Shown in pieces: positions 24,695-26,677 of a DNA stretch of 26,677 nucleotides. This DNA comes from a virus (lineage: Duplodnaviria > Caudoviricetes). Both the position numbers and the translations under genes were made by a program. The stretch's first letter is position 1, and the number at the start of each line of letters is the position of its first letter. The notes beneath the pieces were generated by a model. The model did not search any database and was not told the DNA's origin. It saw only the letters and a list, made by a program, of their open reading frames with translations. The stretch spans positions 1-26,677 of the IMG/VR virus record IMGVR_UViG_3300040733_000120; one strand, written 5' to 3'.

Positions 24695-26187
24695 CTCTTG
24701 TTTTTAACAGAAATCCCATCCCATCCGCCAATCCGGTGCGGCCAGTATGTCAGCGCCACAGCATCGGCCTTGTCCGGGCTTCTGCCTATACGCTTCTTGA
24801 TGTCCTCTTTCGGCTCGATCTTTATTTTTCCGTTCGACTGTACTTCCCAGTGGATTTCAGTCAGTTCTTGCGTCAACTCATCGTCTGGCGGGAGGGCAAG
24901 CTTCCCGCCCAACCGCGGATCCAGGGCATCACGCAGCAGCCAATAGCAGGCTGCGCGCATGTTCAGGAACTCACGCTCTCCGGTGGCGTCCTGGATCCCG
25001 TCAGCGCTTTCGCTGAATTTGGCGGAGACCGAGTTTACATCCTGCTCGATCAGGCGGCTGTGCACGCCGGCGCCCTCGCCGATCGTGTCGATAAATGCGG
25101 TTCCGTCTTGCGCGATCGCGTTTTTGATTCTGCCTGCGCTGACCATATGATCAGCCTTGCTGTAAATCAGGAGCCGTCCTACATAGCCCCTACGCCTGGG
25201 GGCAAAAACCGTGGCATCACGGCCCATGCCGGCAATATCACAGCCAAGCAGCAGTGGGCCCTCGACTGATTCCTGCTTGATCTCCTCCCACCTCTGGTTG
25301 GCCGCCTCGATCCAGGAGAGCGGAAACATCTGGTCCTCACTCTCCCGCGGGAACTCTCCCATGACCTTGGCCAGGAATAGATCCCCGGGCCTGTACCACT
25401 GCCCCTCAAAGCGGAAGTCGTGAAAGCTGGCCGGATCAGCCTCTTCAGCGGAGATCTTGGTTACCCAGCCCGGCTTTTGCAGCTTCTCGGCTACCCACTC
25501 GTAGTCGACCTGGCCAGGTATGAGGATCTTTTTGGCCCTGACATTGGGAGCATCCAGGCAGGAGAGCTTGTGCTTGGCATATATCGGAGAACGGGTACTC
25601 TGGTAGGCCTCGCCTGAGGTGCGGTTCGGGTTGAAGACGATCAACAGCCGTGAAAGTGATCCTGTGAGCACACCGTCAACAGCATCGAAGGTCTCCTGGG
25701 CGATACCAGATGCCTCTGTGACCACCACCAGAATATTGGGCGAGTGAAAGCCGGTCCATGCTTCGGTGGCCTTGTCTCCTGCCTTAAAGGCGAGAAGATA
25801 CCACTCTGTAAGCTGCTCCCTGGTTTTGATGTCATAGAAGCGGATCATCTCATTCATGACCTTGCCGCCCAGGGGGATCCTTGCATTGCGATGCAGGCGA
25901 GAGATCTCGGCCATTTCGATCTGGATCGCCTGCCTGCCGGTCGGTGCGGTGTTGATCACCTTGCAGGGCGGATACAGGGTCAGAAATGTCAGAGATATGC
26001 ATGCTGCGGTAAAATCTTTCCCTCTAGCGTGGCCGGAGCGCACAGAGGTGCGACGATTATGCTGAACAGATTCGACAATGCCGCGCTGTTTCCGGTCCAT
26101 CCGCACCCCGAGGGCATCCCGGGTAAACTTGTTCCAGTCGGAGCGCCAGCTATCGTACAGCTGAATATCTCTCTCACTTATTTGCAT
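24691..26187 (-). CDS. terL: Terminase large subunit
   Basis: Adenine-binding Q (KQRGIV), Walker A RSGHARGKD, Walker B ILVVVTEASG, motif III FNP, RNase H-like nuclease residues GCDIA, IDTIG, SPDKADA. Confidence 0.95.
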   Translation of the reverse strand: MQISERDIQLYDSWRSDWNKFTRDALGVRMDRKQRGIVESVQHNRRTSVRSGHARGKDFTAACISLTFLTLYPPCKVINTAPTGRQAIQIEMAEISRLHRNARIPLGGKVMNEMIRFYDIKTREQLTEWYLLAFKAGDKATEAWTGFHSPNILVVVTEASGIAQETFDAVDGVLTGSLSRLLIVFNPNRTSGEAYQSTRSPIYAKHKLSCLDAPNVRAKKILIPGQVDYEWVAEKLQKPGWVTKISAEEADPASFHDFRFEGQWYRPGDLFLAKVMGEFPRESEDQMFPLSWIEAANQRWEEIKQESVEGPLLLGCDIAGMGRDATVFAPRRRGYVGRLLIYSKADHMVSAGRIKNAIAQDGTAFIDTIGEGAGVHSRLIEQDVNSVSAKFSESADGIQDATGEREFLNMRAACYWLLRDALDPRLGGKLALPPDDELTQELTEIHWEVQSNGKIKIEPKEDIKKRIGRSPDKADAVALTYWPHRIGGWDGISVKNKR

Positions 26188-26677
26188 TGATCATCATCGC
26201 TTGCACAAAATCTGTCAAAGAGCGAAATGCTGGAATATCCACCTCAGACTTTTGCGGGGCATTTATCCCCAGGATCTCACAGCGCTTGTTGATGCACCAC
26301 TGGATTTGAACCAGAAATCTTGGATCCCCAACCTCACGCCACTTCACAACGCTCAATTCGTCGACTGAATTACCCTGTGCGCTGATACCGGTTGTTTTCG
26401 TCTTTCTGTTTTTCAAGCCGATCGAGCGCTTCCACGCGTCCCACGCCGTTAGCTCCAATGCATTGATCTTTGCCAGTTCAGCACGCTTGGCTTCATCGAT
26501 ATTGAATATGCCATCATGGATCCAGTCATTGGAGAGCTCTGCAAGATAGTGACTTACCGTGGCCTGAGAGCAGCCGAGACGTGAAGCAATATCTGTCTGC
26601 TCGAGTCCTTCCAGGTAGAGCTCCGACACCTTTTTCTTTATCCGGGCTTTTTGGCTTTTACTGAATGGTCGTCCCAT
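26174..26677 (-). CDS. terS: Terminase small subunit (HTH DNA-binding protein)
   Basis: N-terminal HTH ELYLEGLEQTDIASRLGCSQATVSHYL; C-terminal ILGINAPQKSEV; overlaps the TerL start. Confidence 0.7.
   Translation of the reverse strand: MGRPFSKSQKARIKKKVSELYLEGLEQTDIASRLGCSQATVSHYLAELSNDWIHDGIFNIDEAKRAELAKINALELTAWDAWKRSIGLKNRKTKTTGISAQGNSVDELSVVKWREVGDPRFLVQIQWCINKRCEILGINAPQKSEVDIPAFRSLTDFVQAMMINANK

Larger units (their letters stand above)
1..26677 (-). mobile_element. Tailed phage/prophage late (packaging-head-tail-lysis) operon, siphovirus-like
   Basis: Canonical gene order, all real genes on one strand with overlapping starts and stops; no integrase or att site in the window, so prophage versus free phage cannot be decided. 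Confidence 0.95.

Noticed and set aside
1-26677. CRISPR arrays, tRNA/rRNA genes, IS elements, introns/inteins, stop-codon reassignment
   Set aside because: Intergenic spaces are tiny with no regular repeats; TerL, portal and capsid have normal lengths; TAA, TAG and TGA all end genes at sensible junctions.

Overview
The whole window is one co-oriented (minus-strand), tightly packed late operon of a tailed phage or prophage with siphovirus-type architecture: no sheath gene, a 1091-aa tape measure, and a -1 frameshifted tail chaperone. In transcription order (right to left) it encodes small and large terminase, portal, a MuF/SPP1-gp7 head morphogenesis protein with a C-terminal HExxH metallopeptidase extension, two tandem paralogous Cys/His-rich small proteins (probable immunity genes; the second is preceded by a decayed toxin tip), a Zn-ribbon/GT9 glycosyltransferase fusion, protease-scaffold, decoration protein, major capsid, head-tail joining genes, tail tube, chaperones, tape measure, tail-tip/hub proteins, fibre and LamG-like receptor-binding proteins, and a lysis cassette with an amidase endolysin. 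The most striking observation is that five late genes, including the tail fibre, the LamG-like protein and the gene right after the capsid, begin with classical Sec/SPase I signal peptides that all appear to cleave at Ala|Gln. This suggests virion appendages that are exported from the cytoplasm. Other notable points are a polymorphic MuF toxin-immunity cassette, a circularly permuted Ig insertion in the hub protein, and a reciprocal Walker A/B (GKD/TE) substitution in TerL. All calls come from motif recognition and synteny; no database searches were run.
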